A stretch of 64,000 nucleotides of DNA. Source: an uncultured Candidatus Saccharibacteria bacterium (GTDB lineage: Bacteria > Patescibacteriota > Minisyncoccia > Phycocordibacterales > UBA1006). A program made the translations under genes and the position numbers. Under the pieces are notes generated by a model. The model searched no databases. It saw nothing but the letters and a program-made list of their open reading frames with translations, and was not told the DNA's origin. Positions 49,750-59,344 of the stretch are shown piece by piece (position 1 is the first letter of the stretch; each line of letters begins with the position of its first letter). The stretch lies in contig CAZROP010000004.1 of assembly GCA_964601935.1 (NCBI GenBank), forward strand, positions 6,493 to 70,492, in the 5' to 3' direction.

Positions 49750-50235
49750 AAAAAAGCCGCTAACTCCTATGCATTGATCTTCGGTGAGAAGAGATATCAA
49801 TGACATAGTAGCTAACGACCTTTCCCCTCTCGGGGTGCAGTACATCGGTGTACCTGGTTGCCCGAAGGCTGACGGTCTTACAATCCGTGCCTTGGAAACG
49901 TAATTGAACAATCCGCCCCTGCGCCGCGGCTGCAGGCGGACGGTGTGCATATCGTTTCGGCCGACGTCGTACCGTCGCGGGCTGCCGAAACAAATAAACC
50001 AGGTTGCAAAACGATACCCTCCCTAACAACCTCAACTTTGTTGCTCTCATAAACTAACAAGCAACCAACTATAGTTGTTATAGGGTTGAAGGACAACAGA
50101 GATCCAACAACCCAAGGCAGGGCGAGCCCATAAAGAGCTCTAACAACTGATGATTCCATCAAAGAATACTCCATCGCAATGCAGTACTTTTTGATGAAAT
50201 CAGTCAGTGCTTATTTCTATATTTCCGAATTGACT
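49750..50235 (-). ncRNA. Candidate structured RNA (or short ORF with a highly structured 3' region)
   Basis: Promoter TTGCAA-N16-TATAGT near 50240-50267; multiple hairpins including C(UUCG)G and GAGA tetraloops; long terminator hairpin with a U-tract. Confidence 0.4.
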
Positions 50236-50370
50236 CATAACTATACTGATGTTTAGGCGGATTGCAAGGGGTTGTGTGGACCGGGAGAGAAAGCTCTGGG
50301 CGCCGGCGATCACATACTGGCGTAGTACACCCAGACTATCTCGCCGGCGCCATGATATACTCAGCACATT

Positions 50371-51918
50371 ATGTTCGTTATAGAAGTAGTTTCGGTATCG
50401 CGTGCCATGCCCTTTCCTACGCTACTGTATACATCACCGACCGCCTACACTGTCGGGGACTATGTGCGAGTACCCTTTCAGGAATCCACCATCACAGCGC
50501 TCGTAATCGCTATTCACGACCTGGCGACTGTACGCAGCGTCATTCGAACATTGCCCTACAAAATACGTGGTGATGTGTCGATGATTACTACCCAACTAAT
50601 TCCCGCGCCAATCATGCGCACCCTTTTGGATTACTCTCGCACTCACGAGATCCATGTGCAGTCATTTCTCTCTCAGCTGTTTGTAGATGAAGCACCTATC
50701 TTTACAACACTACAAACAGAACACTGTACAGTTTCAGGATTCACAGGATCTATGGCTGCACGCGCACATAACTACCAACAGCGAATTGAGCAACATTCTC
50801 CCACATTACTTGTAAGCCCCGATATACGGTATGCGCGCGCGTTATACAGCCATCTGTCGGCCGTACAGATGATTACTACACTGCCCCAGCTACATAAAAC
50901 CCCTTTCACAGAGGGCATCTCTATCACTACCGTGAATATGCTACCTCGTATTCTCCAGCGTATTACCCAAGGACCCGCACAACCAGTTATTATATTTGAT
51001 AGTATTTTGGCACCTCAGTACCATGTACGTGATCGTACCGGGGACTTTTTCGGTCGCGCGCAATTATTTATTAACTTCTGCACATGGATGGGTGTTCCTG
51101 TTATAGTTGGAGATGAGCTACTACCATTTGGCGACTACGAACTATTATGGAACAATTCTACACCACTCATTATCCCTGCTCCGGATATTGCCAGTCTCGC
51201 AGTACAGACCAAACACAAACGATCTCGTACCCTGGAACAGTATCATTTGCAAAAGCTCGCAGAATACGCACATAAGGGCAAACGTATCCTGATATACAGC
51301 AACCAGCGTGACCTATTCGGCTATGTATCCTGTCCCAAATGTTCGTATATAGAGCGATGTGCTACCTGTAATTCAATACTGCGACTGGGCATGACGAACT
51401 CTCGACATGTGCTCCAGTGTACAACATGTAATACGAACACACCTGCGCATGATATTTGTACAGGCTGCGGTGGCATTACCCTGGAGTTACGCCGGCGCGG
51501 TGTCGATGGGTATGTACAGGTATTGTCAGAATTATCTTCTGATATTCCTCTCTATGCCCTCAACAGAGATACCAAAAAGGTCCAACACCTGTTCCAGGAA
51601 TGGCAGTCCACTGGTGGAGTCCTCGTGGCAACCAGTAGTATATTTGACCATCCTGCTATCGCTGCCGATATAACATACATTGCGCCTCATTCATGGACCC
51701 GCATCAATGACACACCAGAACAAACATTGTGGGAGTATTTATGGCTTGCAAACCGTTCCCAGAGCACGCTATCTCTCCCCATAACCCGAGAAATCCTCAC
51801 CCAGTCAGCCAATACAGATACGATTGATATCACTGCACGCGCACGCCACGAATGGCAGTCCGCACAGGCTCTCGGGGTCCAGATTCCTTGCACTCTATGG
51901 CGGGATATGGTAGATTAA
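50371..51918 (+). CDS. priA: Degenerate primosomal protein N' (PriA-like)
   Basis: N-terminal L.Y...G..V.VPF; Cys-rich CPKC...CATC...CTTC...CTGCG; VLVAT; no clear Walker A/DEAH. Confidence 0.8.
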   Translation: MFVIEVVSVSRAMPFPTLLYTSPTAYTVGDYVRVPFQESTITALVIAIHDLATVRSVIRTLPYKIRGDVSMITTQLIPAPIMRTLLDYSRTHEIHVQSFLSQLFVDEAPIFTTLQTEHCTVSGFTGSMAARAHNYQQRIEQHSPTLLVSPDIRYARALYSHLSAVQMITTLPQLHKTPFTEGISITTVNMLPRILQRITQGPAQPVIIFDSILAPQYHVRDRTGDFFGRAQLFINFCTWMGVPVIVGDELLPFGDYELLWNNSTPLIIPAPDIASLAVQTKHKRSRTLEQYHLQKLAEYAHKGKRILIYSNQRDLFGYVSCPKCSYIERCATCNSILRLGMTNSRHVLQCTTCNTNTPAHDICTGCGGITLELRRRGVDGYVQVLSELSSDIPLYALNRDTKKVQHLFQEWQSTGGVLVATSSIFDHPAIAADITYIAPHSWTRINDTPEQTLWEYLWLANRSQSTLSLPITREILTQSANTDTIDITARARHEWQSAQALGVQIPCTLWRDMVD

Positions 51919-51926
51919 TCCCTGAT

Positions 51927-52223
51927 ATGATTCATATACACGTAGCAGCTAATGCTAATGAAAACAGTACCAATCTCATTCGCCGTTTCACCAAACAAGT
52001 CCGCGGATCCGGAATCGTTATGGCAGTAAAGGGACGCCGCTACTATAGCCGCGATAATTCTACCTACAAAGCTCGCCAAAAGGCACTGCGCCGCATCGAC
52101 AATATCAAAAAGTACGAACATATGGCAAAAATGGGCAAGCTTCCAGAACGCCCTATGCGCGGAGGATACTCGAGCCCAAGCTCAAACACTTCTACTACTA
52201 ACAACAATGAGAAGAAAGACTAG
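51927..52223 (+). CDS. rpsU: 30S ribosomal protein S21-like
   Basis: NE....LIRRFTKQVRGSGI...K.RRYY.R. Confidence 0.75.
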   Translation: MIHIHVAANANENSTNLIRRFTKQVRGSGIVMAVKGRRYYSRDNSTYKARQKALRRIDNIKKYEHMAKMGKLPERPMRGGYSSPSSNTSTTNNNEKKD

Positions 52224-52650
52224 CCCTCAGCCTGATACCCAACCAAAGACCTCTTCTACCAGAGGTCTTTGTTCTGTGATACGGTCCGGTACCCAGGGTC
52301 GCATCCCTATGTTGCCTTATAACGATATCAAAGATGCAATACTCGGAACAGCCTACAACCTCACCATTGCATACGTGAACGCTGAACGATCAGCAGAATT
52401 ACACGTTCAATGGAAACACGCTCCTGGACCTGCCAATATTCTTTCTTTTCCCTACTCAGAGAATGAGGGAGAGATTGTTCTTCACCTACCTACCGTGTAT
52501 GCGCGCGCAGCCGATTTCGATCATAGCCCTAAACAACATTTGTTATTTCTCGTCATCCACGGATGCTTGCACCTCGCGGGCTACGTCCACGGATCACAGA
52601 TGGATCAGCAGGAACGACACTTCATGAATATGTTTGATACGGGTTACTAA
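52207..52650 (+). CDS. ybeY: rRNA maturation endoribonuclease YbeY
   Basis: ANILSFP, GEIVL, IHGCLHLAGYVH; start uncertain. Confidence 0.9.
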   Translation: MRRKTSPQPDTQPKTSSTRGLCSVIRSGTQGRIPMLPYNDIKDAILGTAYNLTIAYVNAERSAELHVQWKHAPGPANILSFPYSENEGEIVLHLPTVYARAADFDHSPKQHLLFLVIHGCLHLAGYVHGSQMDQQERHFMNMFDTGY

Positions 52651-52866
52651 AAGATCCTGCTTATCTCAAACTTTGTCTTCTAAAATCCTGCAAAACTCGG
52701 CTATACCTCAAACAGTTTCGGACTTTTTCATACAAGATTTGAGATAAGGAAATATTCAGGCATTTATGATGATCCACAAAGTACTTTTGAATCCTTACTA
52801 TAATAATTTTGCACAACCTCATCCTCGAAAAAGCCGCCATATCTGATACGATGGGTAGGAACACAT

Positions 52867-54078
52867 ATGAGTACCCAACGACCTCACATTGCTGCTATCG
52901 ATTTTGATTCTCAGGGTGTCTACGTTGCAGTAGGTACACGCGATACCACATCATTGGCACAGCCACTCTTGCGAGCTGATGCTTATCCTAATGACTCCAT
53001 ACGTCGTGGCACCGTCATGGAGTCCCAAGGACTCACAACTACTGTGGGTCAGGTACTGCGCACACTCGAAGGGACCTATCAATATACTCTTCCTATATTC
53101 GTCGGCGTGCACCCATCCAGCATGAAATCGCGTCGTGTGACAGTATCTATACAGTTAACACCTAATAATACTGTACGCCCTATTACAGAATCGGACTGCG
53201 ACATGCTAGAGAAAAAAACCCAGGCATTAGTAACCAACGAAAATCCAAATACCTATATACTCAGCATACTTCCACGCCAGTACACGATCGATGCGACACG
53301 TCTCCAGGTTGGAGGGAGTGCGCCTGTTGGATATCAGGCAATGAAATTATCCTGTGAGTTTTTAGTCATCACCTGTCTGTCGCAGGATGTTACCGACTAT
53401 GTAGACACGTTCGAGAATTTCAACACCCATGTATACGATGTAATGGCAACACCATTAACCGCGTCATTCCTCGTAACCGAACCACGCAACCGCATGTTCG
53501 GCTGTGGAGTCCTCTATGTTTCATCCGAAGTTACCTCTTTTATCCTCTTCGAAGACGGCGTTCCTGCTATTACCTCTACATTTCCTATCGGAGTGAACGA
53601 CATCGTTGCGGACGTAGCTGCTGGGTTACAGATGGATCCTGACAAAGCCCGTGCACTCCTGTCGGACCACAATCGCCTGAACGAAGAAACCCCCGCTATT
53701 CGTAAACGTTTCCAGGAGATCGTATCTGCACGTTATATGGATTTTGTTGAAATTACCGAAAAAGCACTCACATCTACAGGACAACCCGTGACTATCCCGG
53801 CTGGTATTACCCTAGTCACCACCAATATCCAGCTCCCTAGTATGGCAGAGGCTCTGAAACTAGGGCTAAAGGTCCTAGTAAAGCTCTGGGAAGGTGATAT
53901 TCCGTCCGTACATTCCAAAAAACGTTCACGAGATATCAGTATTATAGGCGCTTATAGCATTATTTGTTTCGCAGGATCAGCGCGCCGTCCCATCAACAAT
54001 ACCCGCCAGGCGGTACGACGTATCTGGGACAGTATAAAAACAGGAATTACCGCCACTATTAGACGGTTTTTGTCATAA
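52867..54078 (+). CDS. ftsA: Cell division protein FtsA (divergent)
   Basis: AAID, IRRG.V, P..Y.ID, P.G, PIG..DI..D.A; directly upstream of ftsZ. Confidence 0.85.
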   Translation: MSTQRPHIAAIDFDSQGVYVAVGTRDTTSLAQPLLRADAYPNDSIRRGTVMESQGLTTTVGQVLRTLEGTYQYTLPIFVGVHPSSMKSRRVTVSIQLTPNNTVRPITESDCDMLEKKTQALVTNENPNTYILSILPRQYTIDATRLQVGGSAPVGYQAMKLSCEFLVITCLSQDVTDYVDTFENFNTHVYDVMATPLTASFLVTEPRNRMFGCGVLYVSSEVTSFILFEDGVPAITSTFPIGVNDIVADVAAGLQMDPDKARALLSDHNRLNEETPAIRKRFQEIVSARYMDFVEITEKALTSTGQPVTIPAGITLVTTNIQLPSMAEALKLGLKVLVKLWEGDIPSVHSKKRSRDISIIGAYSIICFAGSARRPINNTRQAVRRIWDSIKTGITATIRRFLS

Positions 54079-54164
54079 CTATCCACCGCCGGGGTTATGA
54101 AGCTGAACCCCCTCATGATATACTAACTCTGTTATCCGTTAATCCTTTTTTCAGAATTACCTGT

Positions 54165-55556
54165 ATGCCGCAAATTCGTCCCAGTGTAGAAACTTTTGCT
54201 AGAATAAAGGTCATTGGCGTTGGAGGCTCCGGTCAAAACGCTGTAGACCACATGATTGATGCCAATATTAATGGTATTGATTATGTATGTGTGAATACTG
54301 ATACTCAGCATCTCGACCGATCTCGAGCCACAAAGAAAATTCATATAGGAAAGAATCTCACAAAGGGTGTAGGCTCTGGCATGAATCCTGATATAGGAAA
54401 AGAATCTGCTGAAGAAACTCGAGCAGATATTCAGGAATCTCTCAAAGACGCCGATATGGTATTCGTTGCCTGTGGCATGGGCGGAGGCACTGGGACAGGC
54501 GCATCCCCCGTTATTGCACGCATGGCACGCGAACAGGGTATTCTCACCATCGGTGTCGTCACACGACCATTCTCATTCGAAGGCGAACGACGCACCGAAA
54601 TAGCCCACCAAGGTATCGAGGCCCTACAACAAGAAGTCGACGCATTGATTGTTATTTCTAATGACCGCCTTCTGGCGGTTAACGACCGCAATGCTAGTTT
54701 CCGTGAAGCGTTTGCAATGTGTGATGATGTGTTATTACAGGCAGTAAAGAGTATTGCAGATATAATTAGCGAGCGACAGACCATCAACATAGATTTTGCT
54801 GACGTTCGTGCGGTACTGTCACAGGCAGGATCTGCATATGTAGGGATCGGGCTAGCCACCGGTGACGATCGCGCAGCAGAGGCTGCAAATATGGCTATTA
54901 ACTCTCCGTTGTTGGATGTTTCTATTTCAGGAGCAAAGGGAGTGCTGTTGTCTATTGCGACAAATCCAGATGACCTGAAATTGTTTGAGGTAGATGCTGT
55001 AGCCCGCATAGTTCGTGAATCTATTGATCCACATGCACGATTTATATTTGGCCCCGTAGAAGACGAGAAGATGAAAAAGGGTGATCTCAAAGTAGTAGTT
55101 GTCGCAACAGGCTTTGACGTGAAGCTATCACATCATCATGCATCGCGTAGCCAACCGATACAAACACAACCTATAGCGCCTCAATCTATTCCCATAACTA
55201 TTACACCTGACACACGAAAGGTGGAACCAGAATTGCTATCCAATTCTCCTGAACCAACTCAGCCTACTGCGAACTCTCAGCCAGTACTGAATACCAGTCG
55301 TTTTACACCAGAATTGATTGCACCACAACCCCTGGAACCACGATTCCAGCCGAAAAATGTAGAACCTACACCTCCTACCAACCTACAATCTGACAAGGCT
55401 CCTTTTGCCAGCACAATGCCCGAACAACCCATGATGTCTACATTCCAGCCAGAACAACTACCTGATACTCCAAAACCTCTGGAGGTACTGGATGACAACG
55501 CCCCTGATGATGACTGGAACACAAAATTCCCTGCGTTTATAAGGAGGAATAAATAG
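54165..55556 (+). CDS. ftsZ: Cell division protein FtsZ
   Basis: IKVIGVGGSG.NA, GMGGGTGTG, PF.FEG, NIDFADV; C-terminal PAFIRR. Confidence 0.98.
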   Translation: MPQIRPSVETFARIKVIGVGGSGQNAVDHMIDANINGIDYVCVNTDTQHLDRSRATKKIHIGKNLTKGVGSGMNPDIGKESAEETRADIQESLKDADMVFVACGMGGGTGTGASPVIARMAREQGILTIGVVTRPFSFEGERRTEIAHQGIEALQQEVDALIVISNDRLLAVNDRNASFREAFAMCDDVLLQAVKSIADIISERQTINIDFADVRAVLSQAGSAYVGIGLATGDDRAAEAANMAINSPLLDVSISGAKGVLLSIATNPDDLKLFEVDAVARIVRESIDPHARFIFGPVEDEKMKKGDLKVVVVATGFDVKLSHHHASRSQPIQTQPIAPQSIPITITPDTRKVEPELLSNSPEPTQPTANSQPVLNTSRFTPELIAPQPLEPRFQPKNVEPTPPTNLQSDKAPFASTMPEQPMMSTFQPEQLPDTPKPLEVLDDNAPDDDWNTKFPAFIRRNK

Positions 55557-55603
55557 TTTGAGAAGACTTTTAAATATATCTGACTATGGTATATTTAAAG
55601 CTC

Positions 55604-55676
55604 GGACGGTTAGCTCAGTTGGTAGAGCATCCCCTTGACGTGGGGAGGGTCAGAGGTTCGAATCCTCTATCGTCCA
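55604..55676 (+). tRNA. tRNA-Val (GAC)
   Basis: GGACGGTTAGCTCAGTTGGTAGAGCATCCCCTT-GAC-GTGGGGAGGGTCAGAGGTTCGAATCCTCTATCGTCCA. Confidence 0.95.
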
Positions 55677-55701
55677 CCTTTTTAGTCAAATAAAATAATT
55701 A

Positions 55702-56199
55702 TTAATTACCCAAAATAGCTGTGTCTGTATAAGCAGAAGCTGTTAGATTATCAGGGTTATCTTTAATATTCAGTATAGCCGTTTTATTTGTTAGATTAAT
55801 TGTTAAGTCAAAAACCCTACCAGTACCAACAAGCTCTGCCCTTAAATAACTATCTGTCCAGTCCTTGATTTGATAAACAAAGTTATGTGTATAAAAACCG
55901 TACTTTCCTGAACCTGAATCAAGTTGAGTTACAACACCCCTTGTTTCAGTGCATACTTGTAGCTGTTTATCGCAATCCACAGAAGACGTATTGACCTCTT
56001 TTTCTCTAAAGAAATTATTTTCACTACTATTTTGTGGCAACCATGTCCCGTCCAGAGTTACGTACTCTCCACTAACAATAATATTTTTTGGAGGCAAGAA
56101 AACAATATCTTTTATATCTACTGGTTTTATGCTATTAAAAGCCAAACCCCCCGTGATGAAACTCAAGAGAATAATTAGAACTGATTTTATTTTGCTCAT
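55702..56199 (-). CDS. Hypothetical exported protein
   Basis: AT-rich ORF with an N-terminal hydrophobic segment, convergent on tRNA-Val. Confidence 0.7.
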   Translation of the reverse strand: MSKIKSVLIILLSFITGGLAFNSIKPVDIKDIVFLPPKNIIVSGEYVTLDGTWLPQNSSENNFFREKEVNTSSVDCDKQLQVCTETRGVVTQLDSGSGKYGFYTHNFVYQIKDWTDSYLRAELVGTGRVFDLTINLTNKTAILNIKDNPDNLTASAYTDTAILGN

Positions 56200-56219
56200 A
56201 AAAAGATTTGTAGATACTA

Positions 56220-56768
56220 TTATATCGTCATAATCGCCTCTTCTTTCTGTCCGTAGATTACGTCCAATGCATGGTTGGCATCGTCTACCATTTTCTGAAT
56301 TTCGGACTTGTATCCACGTGATTCATCTTCGTTAATTTCTTTCGCCTTTAATGCCTTATCTATTACATCATTTGCTTCTTGACGCACCTTTCGAACACGA
56401 ACGCGTGCTTCTTCGTGCAAACCACCTGCATGTTTCAGAATCTTTTTGCGGGTTTCCTCCGTCATCTGTGGCACGATAACACGTAATCCTGCAGAGTCGG
56501 TAACCACGCTGAATGGCATTCCGGCTTCACGGATAGCAGATTCTATAGACTTTGTATGCTCCTTGTCCCATGGACTCACACGCAATGTACGCGGATCCTC
56601 GAGGGTTACGCTCGCAATACTCGCAATAGGAGTCTGTGGGTTACCGTAGGCCTCTACACGCAGAGTATCCAGCATAGCGGGATTCGCCTGGCCAGCAGTT
56701 ACTGACAGGTATTCGTTGCGCAACCAGTCGACAGATTCTTTGAACAAAGCATTGTATTGTGCAGTCAT
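56220..56768 (-). CDS. frr: Ribosome recycling factor
   Basis: G.ANP.MLD.L.V.AYG, I.PWDK, P.MTEE.RK, EEARV.VR..R; start reassigned to MTAQY. Confidence 0.95.
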   Translation of the reverse strand: MTAQYNALFKESVDWLRNEYLSVTAGQANPAMLDTLRVEAYGNPQTPIASIASVTLEDPRTLRVSPWDKEHTKSIESAIREAGMPFSVVTDSAGLRVIVPQMTEETRKKILKHAGGLHEEARVRVRKVRQEANDVIDKALKAKEINEDESRGYKSEIQKMVDDANHALDVIYGQKEEAIMTI

Positions 56769-56804
56769 AGTATAGAGGTAGTATATCAGAAGTTTTGGGA
56801 AAGA

Positions 56805-56830
56805 AAAACCGCCCCGAGCGGGGCGGTTTT
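56805..56830. terminator. Intrinsic terminator
   Basis: AAAACCGCCCCG-AG-CGGGGCGGTTTT. Confidence 0.8.
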
Positions 56831-56865
56831 GTGCGACTCTGGTCCTGTCGCACGAGTTCATAAAT

Positions 56866-58014
56866 CTATTCAGTGTATCCAGTATAGTCACTCATGAACA
56901 GCTGCGCAACTGTTTCGGCGGTGGCCTTACCACTAGCATTGGCGATCTTGTGCTGTGCCTGGAAACGGCGTAATGCCTTTCTAAATCCTGACGTATCTTT
57001 TAGCTTGCGAGAAATGACGCCCTCGGCACGCAATGTCTCCATCACCATCTGCTGACCCCTATCGCTACCCCCAATCATCGCCATATTTATACTACTTGGA
57101 TTGATGTTATTGGATTTCAGTATATCGTTAACTTTTTTAAACGTTTCGCGATTCAGATCAAACGCAACACGAAGTTTGGGCTGGGGTCGAGCAAGAGCCA
57201 ATCCAGATACTAATGTCTTTTGACTCTGCGCACTTGCAACAGACAACTGTTCATCACCATACAATATTACATCAACAGACTCGACGCCGCTCCCCACGCG
57301 GTACAGACCGTCGATAATACGATTGATACCCAGATGCAGTGAACAATTGGTCGGCCCCTGAAAATCACTCTGGCCAGCCAATGCGTAAAGATACGGAGAA
57401 TTCACCTCACGCTCTGATGCAGTATCACCGACTATTTCCATACGAACATACTCATTGCGGGCAACTATACGAACGGTTTTATTTGCAAAATCCAATTTTC
57501 CTTGGGCGAACAGTTGTCGATGATCGTCCAGTGCGCTCTGGGTGTGATCATTCCCCCACACGGACCAACTGGAGAGGGTCCCTGTATTATTCGAATTCAG
57601 GTGCATTTCAGCATCCCTACTCTGCCCCGTAGATGTATTAGTAGATTGCCAGAGCTGGTCTATTGTTCCATCACCCCAGTCCCCCGCCCAACCGTTATTA
57701 GTGGGAGAATCTCCTACATTGAACAACCAACCTCGTGGTTGTGCTCCTATATGGACCAAAAATTCCGCCTGTGTTATATACAATCTATCGATCTCACGAC
57801 ATAGAGTAATATTCGCACGCGCACGACTATCCTGCTGCTCTACAACCTGAACATAGTCGCTACAGGTAGTAGTGCCGTTCTTTGTATCAATAGTACAACG
57901 ATACACCGGCACAGGGTCACTACTTGGTGGAATTTGCGCCCATAGTGTACCTGGTGCAGATAGTATAATTACACACAGTAGCGAACCTGCAGCTTGTAAG
58001 GAAAATGTATTCAT
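56866..58014 (-). CDS. Secreted beta-sandwich protein with C-terminal PG-binding-like region
   Basis: Signal ...TLWA|Q; GWLFNVGDSPTNNGWAGD...DAE...LGINRII; C-terminal ALRRFQAQHKI..SG. Confidence 0.75.
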   Translation of the reverse strand: MNTFSLQAAGSLLCVIILSAPGTLWAQIPPSSDPVPVYRCTIDTKNGTTTCSDYVQVVEQQDSRARANITLCREIDRLYITQAEFLVHIGAQPRGWLFNVGDSPTNNGWAGDWGDGTIDQLWQSTNTSTGQSRDAEMHLNSNNTGTLSSWSVWGNDHTQSALDDHRQLFAQGKLDFANKTVRIVARNEYVRMEIVGDTASEREVNSPYLYALAGQSDFQGPTNCSLHLGINRIIDGLYRVGSGVESVDVILYGDEQLSVASAQSQKTLVSGLALARPQPKLRVAFDLNRETFKKVNDILKSNNINPSSINMAMIGGSDRGQQMVMETLRAEGVISRKLKDTSGFRKALRRFQAQHKIANASGKATAETVAQLFMSDYTGYTE

Positions 58015-58040
58015 AGATACACATAGTATATCATCCGTCA

Positions 58041-58075
58041 ACACAAAACACCGGATTGATCCGGTGTTTCTGTGT
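58041..58075 (-). terminator. Terminator after rplB
   Basis: ACACAAAACACCGGAT-TG-ATCCGGTGTTTCTGTGT. Confidence 0.7.
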
Positions 58076-58087
58076 ATATCAGAGTAA

Positions 58088-58942
58088 TTATCCCTGGAAA
58101 CGCTTTGTTTTTCTGCGTGACAGAATCGATACGTTACTGTATTTCTTTGGACGACGGGTTTTAACACCGTATGCCAGTTTTCCAGTACGTGTTTTCGGAC
58201 CACGACGCAGACCAACTCCTTGTTTCTGCTCTCCACCACCGTGCGGATGATCTACTGGGTTCATTGCAGAGCCACGGACCGTTGGTCGAATACCCTTCCA
58301 GCGGCTGCGGCCAGCCTTTCCTAGGTTTACCAGGTTGTATTCACTATTAGAAACCTCTCCAACCGAAGCCCAACAAGTATCGGGAACAGTTCGTATTTCT
58401 GTCGAAGCCATCTTGAGAGATGTCTTACCGTTATTGTGTGCCACCACCTGAACAGCAGAACCGGCAGAACGTGCAATTTTTGCACCTCCTTCTGGCTGCA
58501 GCTCAACATTGTGAACCAATGTACCTACTGGGATAAATCTCAAGGGTAAGCGATTTCCTGATTTTGCAGGGTTTGCAGAGTCAGATACCGTAAATGTATC
58601 GCCAACCTGCGCCCCTTTCCATGCCAGGACATATCGTCGCTCACCATCAGGGAATACTACCAAACTAATAAATCCCGATCGGTTTGGATCGTATTCAATA
58701 GTTTCGATACGCCCCGTAATTTCACGTTTAGTATATTTAAAATCTACCAAACGATACAGGCGCTTGTGACCAGCACCTTTATGAGGTGTCGTGATACGAC
58801 CCGCGTTGTTGCGACCCACCTTGCGGCGAATACCTGTGGTCAGAGGCTTGTGAGGCTCTGTTGCGGTCAAAATCTTTTTGTAATCAATACCAGTCATCCC
58901 GCGACGACCAGCTGATGTAGGTTTATAGTGTTTAAGTGCCAT
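58088..58942 (-). CDS. rplB: 50S ribosomal protein L2
   Basis: GRNNAGRIT, IEYDPNRS, GKAGRSRW, RGSAMNPVDHPHGGGE. Confidence 0.98.
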   Translation of the reverse strand: MALKHYKPTSAGRRGMTGIDYKKILTATEPHKPLTTGIRRKVGRNNAGRITTPHKGAGHKRLYRLVDFKYTKREITGRIETIEYDPNRSGFISLVVFPDGERRYVLAWKGAQVGDTFTVSDSANPAKSGNRLPLRFIPVGTLVHNVELQPEGGAKIARSAGSAVQVVAHNNGKTSLKMASTEIRTVPDTCWASVGEVSNSEYNLVNLGKAGRSRWKGIRPTVRGSAMNPVDHPHGGGEQKQGVGLRRGPKTRTGKLAYGVKTRRPKKYSNVSILSRRKTKRFQG

Positions 58943-59030
58943 AGTATAATGAGTCAGTTTTTCGGCCTGAGTGCCATAGTTATATAATTAATTGAGAGAT
59001 CGTGATAGGACATCTTTCCTGGCTTAACGA

Positions 59031-59063
59031 CTCCCCCGTATCCCCCTCTAGCTAGAGAGGGAA
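59031..59063 (+). repeat. BoxC-related repeat
   Basis: CTCCCCCGTATCCCCCTCTAGCTAGAGAGGGAA. Confidence 0.55.
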
Positions 59064-59339
59064 CTAAACAAAATCAATTGTTGTACCGACAGGAACAGTA
59101 ACTAATGCCTTTTTCTTGCCTCGTACTACAATAGTACGGTTGCGTGAATTTTTAGTACGGCGTGATGCTATACGGACAATATTTACTTTTTCTGGAGTAA
59201 CGCCGTATTTTGCCTGGATTGCATCTGCAATAGTATGTTTGTTTGCAGCATCATCTACAAGAAACGAATACACACGCTGTCCGCCCAGGAACGCTGCCTT
59301 TTCAGAAAGAATAATACCTTTGAGAGGAGATGAATTCAT
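59064..59339 (-). CDS. rplW: 50S ribosomal protein L23
   Basis: SEKA...Y.F.V...ANK..I..AI...YGV...KVN...KKA.V. Confidence 0.95.
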   Translation of the reverse strand: MNSSPLKGIILSEKAAFLGGQRVYSFLVDDAANKHTIADAIQAKYGVTPEKVNIVRIASRRTKNSRNRTIVVRGKKKALVTVPVGTTIDFV

Positions 59340-59344
59340 AACGA

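Noticed and set aside
49817-49877. Hammerhead ribozyme reading of the GACC...GAAAGGTC junction
   Set aside because: Lacks CUGANGA and the U-H cleavage geometry.
50282-50305. GGGAGAGAAAGCTCTGGGC resembling RNase P GAGGAAAGUCC
   Set aside because: Mismatched core, and no room for the rest of the RNA before priA.
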